A stretch of DNA of 56,583 nt, taken from the IMG/VR virus record IMGVR_UViG_3300005512_000041, positions 1-56,583 of that record; one strand, written 5' to 3'. The stretch's first letter is position 1. Each line of letters starts with the position of its first letter. Source of the DNA: a virus. Taxonomy: Duplodnaviria > Caudoviricetes. Below are positions 46,639 through 54,933 of the stretch, piece after piece. The notes under the pieces are model-generated. The model did not search any database. It was given only the letters and a program-made list of their open reading frames with translations, and was not told the DNA's origin. The translations under genes and the position numbers were made by a program.

Positions 46639-47040
46639 CTATCGCTGCGTCTCCAGCCCGAACCTCTGGGCAATCCCGCGGACCTCGCTCGGGACCAGCC
46701 CCAGCACCGCCGCCACCTGCGTCGCCGGGTCGCGCAGGACCGTCAGTGCCTCGATCACGATCAGGTCTCGGCCCATCGATCCGCTAGGGGACCGATCCCG
46801 CAGAGCCGCCCGCCTGCCCTCGTGGCAGCGAACGCCGTGGCCGATCGTCGTGTGGTCCCGCCCCTCGATCCGGCCAATCTCCGCGAGCGACAGGCCTTCG
46901 ACGTGGAGCAACCACCAGAACGCATGGCGGGCCAGAACTTCAGCCGGCCGCCGTGTCCGCCTTCGCATCGACGTCTCGGTGACGCCGTAGCGCCGGGCGG
47001 TCTGGCTGCGCAGGTGGTCGGCTTTCTCTCGGTTCTGCAT
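46639..47040 (-). CDS. DnaA C-terminal-like HTH protein (candidate late regulator)
   Basis: ARH...LSLAEIGR..GRDHTTI.HGV. Confidence 0.8.
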   Translation of the reverse strand: MQNREKADHLRSQTARRYGVTETSMRRRTRRPAEVLARHAFWWLLHVEGLSLAEIGRIEGRDHTTIGHGVRCHEGRRAALRDRSPSGSMGRDLIVIEALTVLRDPATQVAAVLGLVPSEVRGIAQRFGLETQR

Positions 47041-47067
47041 ATCGGTTTACTCGGTGTCAGTTTTCAG

Positions 47068-48036
47068 TCAGGCCTGCTGCCCCGCCTCTGCGAGCATGGC
47101 CTTCGCCCGCCGGGACTTCTCGACGTCGGTCAACTTCGGGTCGCGGCCGATGCTGGCGAGGGCGTCGTACCTCTCGCGATCTCCGGTGCGGGTGAAGTGG
47201 TTGATCGCGGTGCCGAACGCCATGCGACCGTCAGGCAGGGTGAGTTCTCGCATGGTCGCGGCGTCGCGCTCGGTCGGGTTGCTGGCGATGGCCTGGCGCA
47301 CGTCCTGGTCCCTGGCCTTAAGCATCCGCGGCGGGTCTTTGCCGTCCTCGGCCATGCGGACGTTGGCCTCTCGGAACGCCTGCCGGCAGATGGCCGGGGT
47401 GGCGCCTGCGTCGATCCAGTCGAGGGCGTACTGCAGGTCGGTGGGGTGCGGATAGGCTCGGCGGTGCTGGGGCGACCAGACCTCGGCGATCATGTCGTCG
47501 AACTCGCCGATGATCTCCCGAGCCATGGCCTTTCGATCGTCCTGCCCCTGGCCCTGCTCGGTCGGGTCGGCGCGATCGTCGTGGGGGGGCTTTGGGGGGG
47601 ACTCTTCTCTTATCTTCTCTTCTCTTATCTTATCTAGGCGGGACATTTCGTGACACTGCGTGACACTGCGTGACGGGGTCTGTGACGCAGCATCGTCACG
47701 TTGCCTCTCGCGCTGCGCTCTTTTCCGCTCGGCGGCGGTGCTATCTTCCCGTTTTGGCTGACGTTTTTCCCACGAGACCACGCGGTCGCCGTCGAGCACT
47801 TTGCCCTGCATCGCCTGGTAGATCGCCTCTACCTGCTCGGGCTCCATGTCAAAGGCGGCGGCAACGTCTTCGTGGTTCCAGCCCTCCAGCACACCTCTTT
47901 CGGCTGCCTGAGAGGCGCATTCGAGCATTGCGGCCCAGACCGACAACGTGTCACGCAATGTCACGCTTGCTCTGCGTGACACCACCCGCCACTTGGGATC
48001 GGTCACTGTTCCGTGGTGCCATCGAAGCCAGTCCAT
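47068..48036 (-). CDS. Replication initiator protein
   Basis: MDWLRWHHG..DPK, W.KRQPKRED.AAERKR.QR, SVTQCH, DKIREEKIRE linker; coupled to dnaB. Confidence 0.8.
   Translation of the reverse strand: MDWLRWHHGTVTDPKWRVVSRRASVTLRDTLSVWAAMLECASQAAERGVLEGWNHEDVAAAFDMEPEQVEAIYQAMQGKVLDGDRVVSWEKRQPKREDSTAAERKRAQRERQRDDAASQTPSRSVTQCHEMSRLDKIREEKIREESPPKPPHDDRADPTEQGQGQDDRKAMAREIIGEFDDMIAEVWSPQHRRAYPHPTDLQYALDWIDAGATPAICRQAFREANVRMAEDGKDPPRMLKARDQDVRQAIASNPTERDAATMRELTLPDGRMAFGTAINHFTRTGDRERYDALASIGRDPKLTDVEKSRRAKAMLAEAGQQA
47603..47700. repeat. Probable replication origin inside the initiator gene
   Basis: Four GTGAC direct repeats plus an inverted GTCAC (47650-47700) next to a pyrimidine tract of TCTT(A/C) repeats (47603-47635), as in lambda O-type origins. 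Confidence 0.6.
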
Positions 48037-49463
48037 CAGTTCACTCCATCGGTGATCACACCGGTTTCCATGTTGGCGTAGAGTTTCGCGTACCCGGCCC
48101 GGCCGCCGCGGCGCTTGCCGACGATGATCTCCATCCGATCGCGGGCGGCTTCCATCTTCTGGCGCCACTGGTCCTGGCGGGTCATGAACTTGCCCATGTC
48201 CTCCTCGGCACGCTGCACCGGCTCGGACTTCTCCAGGTAGTAGGACTCGCGGTAGGGGAAGAAGACGACATCAGCGTCCTGCTCTATGCTGCCGCTCTCC
48301 CTCAGATCAGCGAGCCCCGGCCGCTTGTCCTCCCGCTGCTCGACGGCGCGGGAAAGCTGGGACAGCGCGACCACGGGGCACTCCAATTCCTTCGCCAGCG
48401 CCTTCAGCGCGCCGGTGATCTCGGTCAGGTCGTTGGTGCGGTTGTTGTTCCGGTTGCGACTGGTGTTCCCAGGCGCGATCAGTTGCAGATAGTCGATGAA
48501 CACCGCGCTCAACCCGTGGCGCCGGCGCATCCGCATGGCGCGGCGGCGGATCTCGCGGACGTCGCTGGCCGGGGTGTCGTCGATGTGGAGCGGGATGCGG
48601 GACAGCGTCTCGTGCGCCTCGGAGATCTTCATGAACTCGTCCTGGCCGAACTCGCCGTTTTCCTGGCGCTCCTGGCTGATCCCCGTCTCCATCGCGATCA
48701 TGCGCTTGGCGATCTCGTCGGCCGGCATCTCCAGGGAGAAGAACGCGACCGGCAGGCCCTTCATGGCGATGTTGCGGGCCATGCGCACCGCGACGGCGGA
48801 CTTCCCCATGCCGGGGCGACCACCGCCGATGTAGAGCCGCCCCGGCCCCAGCAGCCCGATGGCGCGGTCCAGGTCGACCATGCCGGAGGACACGCCCCCA
48901 GCCTCGGGGCCGTCGCGCATGACTCGCTCAGCCGCTTCCAGGGCCGCATCCAGGCCGGAGGACACGGGCAGCAGGTCGCCCTTGCGCGCACCGTGACTGG
49001 CGAGGGCGTCCAGGTCGCTCTGCGCGGCGCTCACGATCGCGGTCATGTCGTCGAGGGAGTGATCGCGGGCGTTGTTGACCAGCGTCTCTCCGATGTCGAT
49101 CGCCTCGCGGCGCTGCCAGCAGTCGAAGATGACCCGGCCATAGTCGGCGGTGTTGATGACCGTGACCACGGATCCGGCCAGCGTGACGAGATACTGAGCC
49201 CCGCCGACGTCTTTCAGCGCGTCGTCCTGGTCGAAGACACCTTTGAGCGTATGCGGTGCGGCCTGCCGGCCCTGGTCGATCAGCTTGGCGCACTCGGCGT
49301 AGATCCGGCCGTGGACCGGGTCGGCGAAGTGCTCCGGTTGGAGAAAGTCGACGACGCGCTCATAGGCCTTGTTGTTGACCATGATCGCGCCGAGCAGCGC
49401 GGCCTCGGCCTCGAGGTTGTGCGGCGGCTCGTTGTCCTGTTCGTGGGCCAATTCCGCGCTCAA
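48036..49463 (-). CDS. dnaB: Replicative DNA helicase
   Basis: PPHNLEAE, GRPGMGKS, FSLEM, IDYLQL, LSQLSR, DLRESGSIEQDAD. Confidence 0.96.
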   Translation of the reverse strand: MSAELAHEQDNEPPHNLEAEAALLGAIMVNNKAYERVVDFLQPEHFADPVHGRIYAECAKLIDQGRQAAPHTLKGVFDQDDALKDVGGAQYLVTLAGSVVTVINTADYGRVIFDCWQRREAIDIGETLVNNARDHSLDDMTAIVSAAQSDLDALASHGARKGDLLPVSSGLDAALEAAERVMRDGPEAGGVSSGMVDLDRAIGLLGPGRLYIGGGRPGMGKSAVAVRMARNIAMKGLPVAFFSLEMPADEIAKRMIAMETGISQERQENGEFGQDEFMKISEAHETLSRIPLHIDDTPASDVREIRRRAMRMRRRHGLSAVFIDYLQLIAPGNTSRNRNNNRTNDLTEITGALKALAKELECPVVALSQLSRAVEQREDKRPGLADLRESGSIEQDADVVFFPYRESYYLEKSEPVQRAEEDMGKFMTRQDQWRQKMEAARDRMEIIVGKRRGGRAGYAKLYANMETGVITDGVN

Positions 49464-49756
49464 CGCACCCTCCCCCGAACCCGGTTATCCCACTCGTGCC
49501 CAGGGGCTCCGACCGGAGACATGAGCCAGTGAGGCAGGGTCCAGGCGCCAAGCGCATCCAAACTCGGTTCGGCGTAGATCACGCGTCCGGCGCTGGAAAT
49601 CGCGTGCCCAGGCGCGGCCGTGCACTCTGCGCCGTCTGCCATCTGCGCGCTGATCCAACCGCACCAGTACGAGAGCATGTAGGGCATCGTCTCGCAGGGG
49701 ATGCGGCGCATGATCTCGCCGTCTGCGCGCTCGACGATCAACCAGCCGGGGGTCAT
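49460..49756 (-). CDS. Hypothetical protein
   Basis: GGAGG RBS; coupled at both ends. Confidence 0.6.
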   Translation of the reverse strand: MTPGWLIVERADGEIMRRIPCETMPYMLSYWCGWISAQMADGAECTAAPGHAISSAGRVIYAEPSLDALGAWTLPHWLMSPVGAPGHEWDNRVRGRVR

Positions 49757-50373
49757 TCGGCGACCTCCGCAATCGGGGCGAACTTGTCGACCTCGTTGCC
49801 CCACGACGCCCAGCCTGGGCGCGCGGTCCGGGCAAACAGTTCGAGGTACGGCCCGGCGCAGAACCGCTCGATCCGCGGATGCGTGTCGTCGGGCTTCCGG
49901 CTGTGCTCCCGGCGTGGCGCTACGATCAGTTCACCGACATCACGGGCCAGCCGCTTCGGGCGCCCACGGCGGCCCAGAAGGCATATCTCGCACTGCTTTC
50001 GCGTTGTGTGCCCGGTGCCAATGGCAAAATCCTGATCACCGAGAAACAGCGCGTCGCGCGCGGCGGGCTTCAGCTTCCCCCACACGAACGCGGTGGAGCT
50101 GTACCGAAAGCCCCACGCCCGCAGGACGGAGAACGAGTGCTCTAGGAACGGCGGCGTCGTCCACAAAAACAGCCACGCCGACTTGGCGGCGACATCGGCC
50201 ACGGGCATGGCCTTGATGTCGGCAAGCGTCATGGTCGGATAGTGGTTCTCGACCGATCGGCCCGTTTTCTTGCCGTCGAACGTCCGGAACCGCCACGGCG
50301 GATCGGCAAGCACGCAGGCAAAGCCCCCTTCAATCGTCGGCAACTTTGTTGCGCAACTTTCGTACTCGCTCAC
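49753..50373 (-). CDS. MT-A70 family adenine methyltransferase
   Basis: ADPPW, HYPTM, LFLW, WGF.Y, HSRKP, LELFAR, WGNE; GTGA coupled to gcrA. Confidence 0.92.
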   Translation of the reverse strand: MSEYESCATKLPTIEGGFACVLADPPWRFRTFDGKKTGRSVENHYPTMTLADIKAMPVADVAAKSAWLFLWTTPPFLEHSFSVLRAWGFRYSSTAFVWGKLKPAARDALFLGDQDFAIGTGHTTRKQCEICLLGRRGRPKRLARDVGELIVAPRREHSRKPDDTHPRIERFCAGPYLELFARTARPGWASWGNEVDKFAPIAEVAE

Positions 50374-51128
50374 ATCCGCCCCCATGCGACCGACCGGGGG
50401 CCGCGGCTTTTCCGTGCAGCGAGGAGCGCTGCGTGCGTCTCGACTTCGGTGCGGGGCGCCTTCAGTTCGTTCGCAAGCTTGCTCGGGTCGGTCACGCCTT
50501 CCCGGATCAGCCGCTCCAGCTTCGCCTCGCGTGTCGGCGTCCAGTTGAACGGACTCGGCTCGCTGCGCCGCTGGTGTTCGTAGCAATAAGAGGGGTGCCC
50601 CTCGGTTTCCCTGCCGCAGCAACGGAACGTGGGCTTCTCGCTGTTGCCCCAGAGCGGCCATCGGCACTGGCCGGACACGATCTCTGCCATGCCGACTCCA
50701 TCGCCCTCTCCGAACGCTCCGGCCAGGCGCCCCGTCACTTCCACCATGGGCAGCTCCGCTTTCTTCTCGCCGTCCCGGTGCCGGCCGGGCTCGCGTTTCT
50801 TGATGGGCGATCTGCTGGGTTCGGTGAGCCCCAGCCGGTGTCTCTGGCCGGCGACCGCATTCCGGGTCACGCCCATGCGCCGGGCGATCTGGTTGAGGGA
50901 CAGCCCCTCAGCGTCGAGGGCTTTCAGCGTCTCAATCCGATCCTGGGTCCACGAAACGGTGTCGATCGACCGCGCGGGCAGGCCCATCGAGTGGGCTCGG
51001 CACCATGCGGCCTCCCGCGTGATGCCAAGTCGCTCGGCGATCACGCTTGTCGCGGCGCCTTCACTCCACATCTTCTCCAGCGCAGCCTGTCGATCCAGCG
51101 TCCAGAAGCCGGCGGTGTGCTTTCCCAT
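50370..51128 (-). CDS. gcrA: GcrA-family regulator with duplicated N-terminal HTH
   Basis: WT..R...L..EG....IA..LG.TR.A....H..GL twice; CRWP...CG...YC.EH; third HTH-like tail. Confidence 0.85.
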   Translation of the reverse strand: MGKHTAGFWTLDRQAALEKMWSEGAATSVIAERLGITREAAWCRAHSMGLPARSIDTVSWTQDRIETLKALDAEGLSLNQIARRMGVTRNAVAGQRHRLGLTEPSRSPIKKREPGRHRDGEKKAELPMVEVTGRLAGAFGEGDGVGMAEIVSGQCRWPLWGNSEKPTFRCCGRETEGHPSYCYEHQRRSEPSPFNWTPTREAKLERLIREGVTDPSKLANELKAPRTEVETHAALLAARKSRGPRSVAWGRM

Positions 51129-51592
51129 CAGCGGCTACTCCCCTTGAGGATTTCGAGTGTCTCGATCCGGATCCGCTCCGCCGCCATCAGTCCGCGCCGC
51201 TCAATCCGGGCCAGCATTCCCTCCAGGCCGGCGCGGCGGCATCGACAGTCGAGGACGATGCGGTCGACCACGTCTCCCAACGCCTCGAACGGGTCTGGGA
51301 ACACGGTGAGGCGCGGGCATTCGGCGGGCGGCTCGGTGCGAACGATCGGGCCGCGGCGGCGGTGCTGGCCCCGGCGCGGCATGGCCCGCTCTACGCCCAT
51401 GACACGACGAAGCTGCGCCAGAGCGTTCAACTCGCCGCGGCGCCTGTCCGATGGTGTCTTCGCGGCCACGTAGAGATACCGCTCGCCCTTGAAGGTGAAA
51501 CGGACATTCAGGTGCGTGCCGTGCTCGATCGTGATTTCGGTAGCGCCGTGCCGTTTGGCCTCGTCAACGAGCCTGTCAATATGGCGGGCCAT
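51128..51592 (-). CDS. Protein with HicA-like N-terminal domain
   Basis: G.H...F......KTPSDRR..N..AQLRR pattern. Confidence 0.55.
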   Translation of the reverse strand: MARHIDRLVDEAKRHGATEITIEHGTHLNVRFTFKGERYLYVAAKTPSDRRRGELNALAQLRRVMGVERAMPRRGQHRRRGPIVRTEPPAECPRLTVFPDPFEALGDVVDRIVLDCRCRRAGLEGMLARIERRGLMAAERIRIETLEILKGSSR

Positions 51593-51593
51593 C

Positions 51594-51752
51594 TCATGCC
51601 CCCGCCTTCTGGCCCTGCGCCTCGCTCGGCAAAGGCGGGAGCGCGAGCGCCTCCTGTATCGTCGGGTTGTCCTCGCGCTGCTTCAGGTTGCTGAGATCGG
51701 CGCACCGCTGGTTGCGGCGGGCGATCCGGGCGTCGACGTTTCGTCGGTTCAT
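51594..51752 (-). CDS. 52-aa hypothetical protein
   Basis: Hand-translated MNRRNVDARIARRNQRC; ATGA coupled; fills the gap exactly. Confidence 0.5.
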   Translation of the reverse strand: MNRRNVDARIARRNQRCADLSNLKQREDNPTIQEALALPPLPSEAQGQKAGA

Positions 51753-52135
51753 GCCAGCACCTCCGCGCGTATGGGGACGTTCTCAGCCCGAAGGACGGTC
51801 ACGAGTTGGTCGACCGACCGGACGATGTGCGTGTTGATGCCCAGCAGGGCGAGATCGGCGGCGACGGCCTTCTGTTCGGGCGACGCCTTGCCCTTGGGGG
51901 CCTTCAGTTCGACGCAGAACGGCCGCCCTTCGCCCAGGAAGATCAGGTCCGGAACCCCAGCGCGGACGCCCATCGCCTTGCGGATGCCGCCGATCTTGGC
52001 TGCGTGTTGACCGCTGGCCTGGATGCCTGCATCGGGCGCGAACCAGAACGGCCCGGCGGGCGGTGGCGGCACCGCGACCGTGAGGAAACGGGCCACCGAC
52101 TTCTGGAGTGCCTGTTCGGGGTGCGAGCGGGTCAT
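51749..52135 (-). CDS. VRR-NUC (PD-D/ExK) nuclease
   Basis: E..LQ, GVRAGVPDL, ELKAPKGKASPEQ. Confidence 0.88.
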   Translation of the reverse strand: MTRSHPEQALQKSVARFLTVAVPPPPAGPFWFAPDAGIQASGQHAAKIGGIRKAMGVRAGVPDLIFLGEGRPFCVELKAPKGKASPEQKAVAADLALLGINTHIVRSVDQLVTVLRAENVPIRAEVLA

Positions 52136-52140
52136 CGGCC

Positions 52141-52431
52141 TCAGACCATCCCGATCGCTCTCTTGTAGACCTCGAGCAGCGTCTCCTGCTCGTCGCGCTC
52201 GTCCTTGTCGATCCGCCGCAGCTTGAGGATTTGGCGCATGATGGCCACGTCGAAGCCGCCGGCCTTGGCCTCCGCGAAAACCTCGCGGATGTCTGCGGCG
52301 ATCTCTTCCTTGCTCTCGGTCAGGTTCTCGATCCGCTGGATGAAGGAGTCGAGTTGCCCGGCGTTGATGCCGCCGACGTAGGGGCTATCAATCGTGGTGG
52401 TGGTGTCCGGCTGTTCGGTGGTGTGAAGCAT
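52141..52431 (-). CDS. gapR: GapR (DUF2312) nucleoid-associated protein
   Basis: L.SFIQRIENL.E.K..IAADIREVFAEAK..GFD...RQILKLR...Y..AIGM. Confidence 0.92.
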   Translation of the reverse strand: MLHTTEQPDTTTTIDSPYVGGINAGQLDSFIQRIENLTESKEEIAADIREVFAEAKAGGFDVAIMRQILKLRRIDKDERDEQETLLEVYKRAIGMV

Positions 52432-52757
52432 TCTCAGGCTCCCGAGAAAGGGGCCGGGACCGGATGTGCTGGTCCCGGCGAGTTAACAGGGAGGTTTCAC
52501 GTCTGGGAGACGAGAGAGGCCGGGAAACATCGAAGCCGGCCCCTCTACGGCCTCAAACCCGCCGCCATCACGCGTATCGGGCTGTCAAGGTGCCGGTCTC
52601 TCCCGGCTGTCACGCCCATAAACTCAGACGTTGCAGGCCAGTCCGCGCTGGCCTCGCCTACTCCCGCTTCAACAGCAAACGCCGTGATATTGCTCTGACG
52701 GCATCCACCTCCACGGTTTCGCTCGGGATTCTTCTTTCCGCCCTATGCGGGCTGTGT

Positions 52758-52960
52758 GGTCGGCTTAGCGGTGAGGGCCGGGCGCTACTCCGGCTCGGGG
52801 TGTTACTGGAAACTCCCCCATAACCTGAGAGGCCCCACGATCCACGGCAGGGGCTTCAATGGCCGGTTACGTCCGGCGCTTCCGCCCGCATTGTCCGGGC
52901 CATATTTCCGTGTCTCTTGAGCGTGTCTGCTTTCCACGCCGCCTCACCGCTAAACCGACC
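52758..52960 (-). ncRNA. tRNA-shaped structured RNA candidate (~203 nt)
   Basis: 19-bp closing stem, D-arm-like and T-arm-like hairpins in tRNA geometry, internal multibranch domain. Confidence 0.65.
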
Positions 52961-52972
52961 TCCTTCATTCAC

Positions 52973-53191
52973 TCAGAACGGGATCATCGGGTCGTCGTAC
53001 CGGTGGGTGATCCGAGTCACGGTCACCGGGTCAACGATCACGTGAGACATCGCTTCCAACACGTAGAAGCTCTGCTCAGGGTGTTTCTTCGCCAGCCGCT
53101 TGGCTTCGGCCAACGCGGCAGCTTCTGTCGCGTGTCGGTACGTCGGCGACCGACCCTGCGGATTCCAAACGCACCAAAAAGGCTGTTCCAT
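52973..53191 (-). CDS. Small phage protein
   Basis: AAGGAG RBS; FW.VWNP.GRSPTYRH....A.AEAKRLA..HP...FYVL...IPF. Confidence 0.85.
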   Translation of the reverse strand: MEQPFWCVWNPQGRSPTYRHATEAAALAEAKRLAKKHPEQSFYVLEAMSHVIVDPVTVTRITHRYDDPMIPF

Positions 53192-53465
53192 CGTTCGCTC
53201 CTTCGTTCACTGCTCAGCGCCAACGGCCGTGGAGGCGCTTGCTTCTCCCCAAGAAGAGAGACCGCCCGTTACGCTCCATCCGGGCCGAGGGGAGAGCCGT
53301 TGACGTTGATCGGGCCTCTCACTGCCCCAAGCCCGCCGCCATCACGCGTATCGGGCTGAGGGGACCGGACCCGCCCCGGTTCTGACGCACATCAGGGGCG
53401 CGGGACGGGTCCGGACGCGCTGGCTCGGAAGGGTGGGGACCCACCAGCGCGATCTGTGTGGTTAA

Positions 53466-53693
53466 TCACGCAACCTTTTTGCGGGTTCTCTGATCGTTCC
53501 CCTTGTTCTCTGCCGATTCGCGCACCACCTGCGGTAGCGTGGAAACGCTCTCACCCTGCTGCCGCTGCTCGACCCGCCACCGCTGCGCGCGTGCTTCGAG
53601 CTTCGCCATGGCGGTGCCGTTCCGAAGCCCAGCGTCCCGGCGATCGATGATCCGACAGAAGTCCATGACGATGTCGGCTGCGTCTTCCATCAT
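53466..53693 (-). CDS. Hypothetical protein (cII position)
   Basis: GGGAG RBS; downstream of cro. Confidence 0.6.
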   Translation of the reverse strand: MMEDAADIVMDFCRIIDRRDAGLRNGTAMAKLEARAQRWRVEQRQQGESVSTLPQVVRESAENKGNDQRTRKKVA

Positions 53694-53719
53694 CCCGCTC
53701 CCAGCGATACGGTTGAACG

Positions 53720-54190
53720 ATGAACAGAGTTCGGACCCTCTCCGCGGTCGCGGTGATCGCGCTCGCCGGCAGTGGCGGCTGGCACTGGTTGCAAACCAGT
53801 CTGGAGAACGATCGCCTGCGCGACGCCGCTCTTGCCCAGGCTCAGCCGACCGAGGACCAGTCGATCCGGGCGGCGCACTTCATCGACCGGAAGATCGCGG
53901 ACCTGATCCAGCCGGGGCCGGGCGACCGATGGACGGCGAAGGCGCTGTTCGGATACGAGACGGCGATCGTCCGGCCGGACACCCGGTCGGTTCGATGCAG
54001 CAACACGGGGATCGAGATCGACTTCGGCCCGGACGTGTCCGTCTACGTGTTCTTCGCCCCGGACAATCCGACCGACGAGTGGCCGGACATACATCCCGCC
54101 TTCTGGCGCGGCCCGGCGGGCAAGGCGTTGATCGACGCCATGTGCCGGAGAACCGAGGAGCGGCTTGCCGCCTTGGAGCGCCAGGGCTGA
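53720..54190 (+). CDS. Exported or membrane-anchored protein, antisense to the cro operon
   Basis: N-terminal signal/TM segment MNRVRTLSAVAVIALAG, two Cys, globular composition. Confidence 0.65.
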   Translation: MNRVRTLSAVAVIALAGSGGWHWLQTSLENDRLRDAALAQAQPTEDQSIRAAHFIDRKIADLIQPGPGDRWTAKALFGYETAIVRPDTRSVRCSNTGIEIDFGPDVSVYVFFAPDNPTDEWPDIHPAFWRGPAGKALIDAMCRRTEERLAALERQG

Positions 54191-54192
54191 CA

Positions 54193-54426
54193 TCAGGCGG
54201 CCTCGCCGGATGTTCTGGCGGTCGGTCGCAGCGTCTCGGGTCGGATCGGGTCAATGTCGAAACCGCGATCCCGACATTCCCGCATGATCTTGTAGTGGAT
54301 GCGCTCGGGAAATCCGTCTCGCTTCCAGTTCGAAAGCGAAGACGGGCCGACGTCGAAGATTTTCTCCACCGCCGCCCGGCCGCCAAGGGCCTCATAGACC
54401 CGCTCGACAGGATGTTGCTTCTCCAT
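54193..54426 (-). CDS. Cro-like HTH protein
   Basis: ALGGRAAVEKIFDVGPSSLSNWKRDGFP; divergent from the repressor; alternative start 54435. Confidence 0.85.
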   Translation of the reverse strand: MEKQHPVERVYEALGGRAAVEKIFDVGPSSLSNWKRDGFPERIHYKIMRECRDRGFDIDPIRPETLRPTARTSGEAA

Positions 54427-54433
54427 GCGCGCC

Positions 54434-54478
54434 ATAATGCTTCAAATGTTTTGAAGCTTCAAGCTCAAAATGTATGAA
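54434..54478. promoter_or_regulatory. pR promoter and oR operators
   Basis: TTCAA-N5-TTGAA at 54441-54455, degenerate CTCAA-N5-ATGAA at 54464-54478; - strand TTGAAG-N17-CATTAT ending 7 nt before the cro ATG. Confidence 0.75.
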
Positions 54479-54511
54479 ATGACAAATCGTGCGGCAGAGC
54501 GAAAATTGCGC

Positions 54512-54835
54512 ATGACCGCTACCCTGCACGTAGGCGTGAAAGCGCGCATCGCCGTCCTGTACCATCTGTTCCGAGAGACGGAGCAGGCGGCGGGCCGCGA
54601 CGGGTCCAAGCGGGCGTTCGCGGCGCGCCTAAACAGCAGCGAGACAACTCTGTCGAACTGGACCAAGGGCCAGCGTCCGCTGATCGATACGGGGATAGAG
54701 ATCAGCCGTGTGTTCGGGGTCACCCTCGACTGGCTCTACACCGGCGACCCGGACGGCCTGAGCCGCGGCCGGTGGCGCGAGATTGAGCAGGCCATGGACG
54801 ATCTCGGCAATCGCGAAGAGTGCGAATCCCTTTAG
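54512..54835 (+). CDS. CI-like XRE repressor without S24 peptidase domain
   Basis: FAARL...TTLSNW.KG.RP...ISRVFGVTLDWLYTG; only ~107 aa. Confidence 0.85.
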   Translation: MTATLHVGVKARIAVLYHLFRETEQAAGRDGSKRAFAARLNSSETTLSNWTKGQRPLIDTGIEISRVFGVTLDWLYTGDPDGLSRGRWREIEQAMDDLGNREECESL

Positions 54836-54933
54836 CGCTCTGCGATTTTCTCACCGACCCGCAACAGGTAGATGTAGCGCGTTAACCAAGAACGCGGGAC
54901 AATATGTCGGCATTCGCTCGACGAGGTTCCGCT

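Larger units (their letters stand above)
52558..53358. repeat. 27-bp exact direct repeat (52558-52584 and 53332-53358)
   Basis: CCCGCCGCCATCACGCGTATCGGGCTG twice, both intergenic. Confidence 0.9.

Noticed and set aside
46639-47040. True dnaA gene
   Set aside because: Only the C-terminal HTH is present; no AAA+ domain
12181-49532. Long + strand ORFs such as 13281-14759, 37246-38844, 41007-42476 and 47670-49532
   Set aside because: Antisense shadows of well-supported - strand genes in high-GC DNA; no recognisable motifs
51128-51592. HicAB toxin-antitoxin pair
   Set aside because: HicA-like similarity is weak and no HicB-like partner is adjacent
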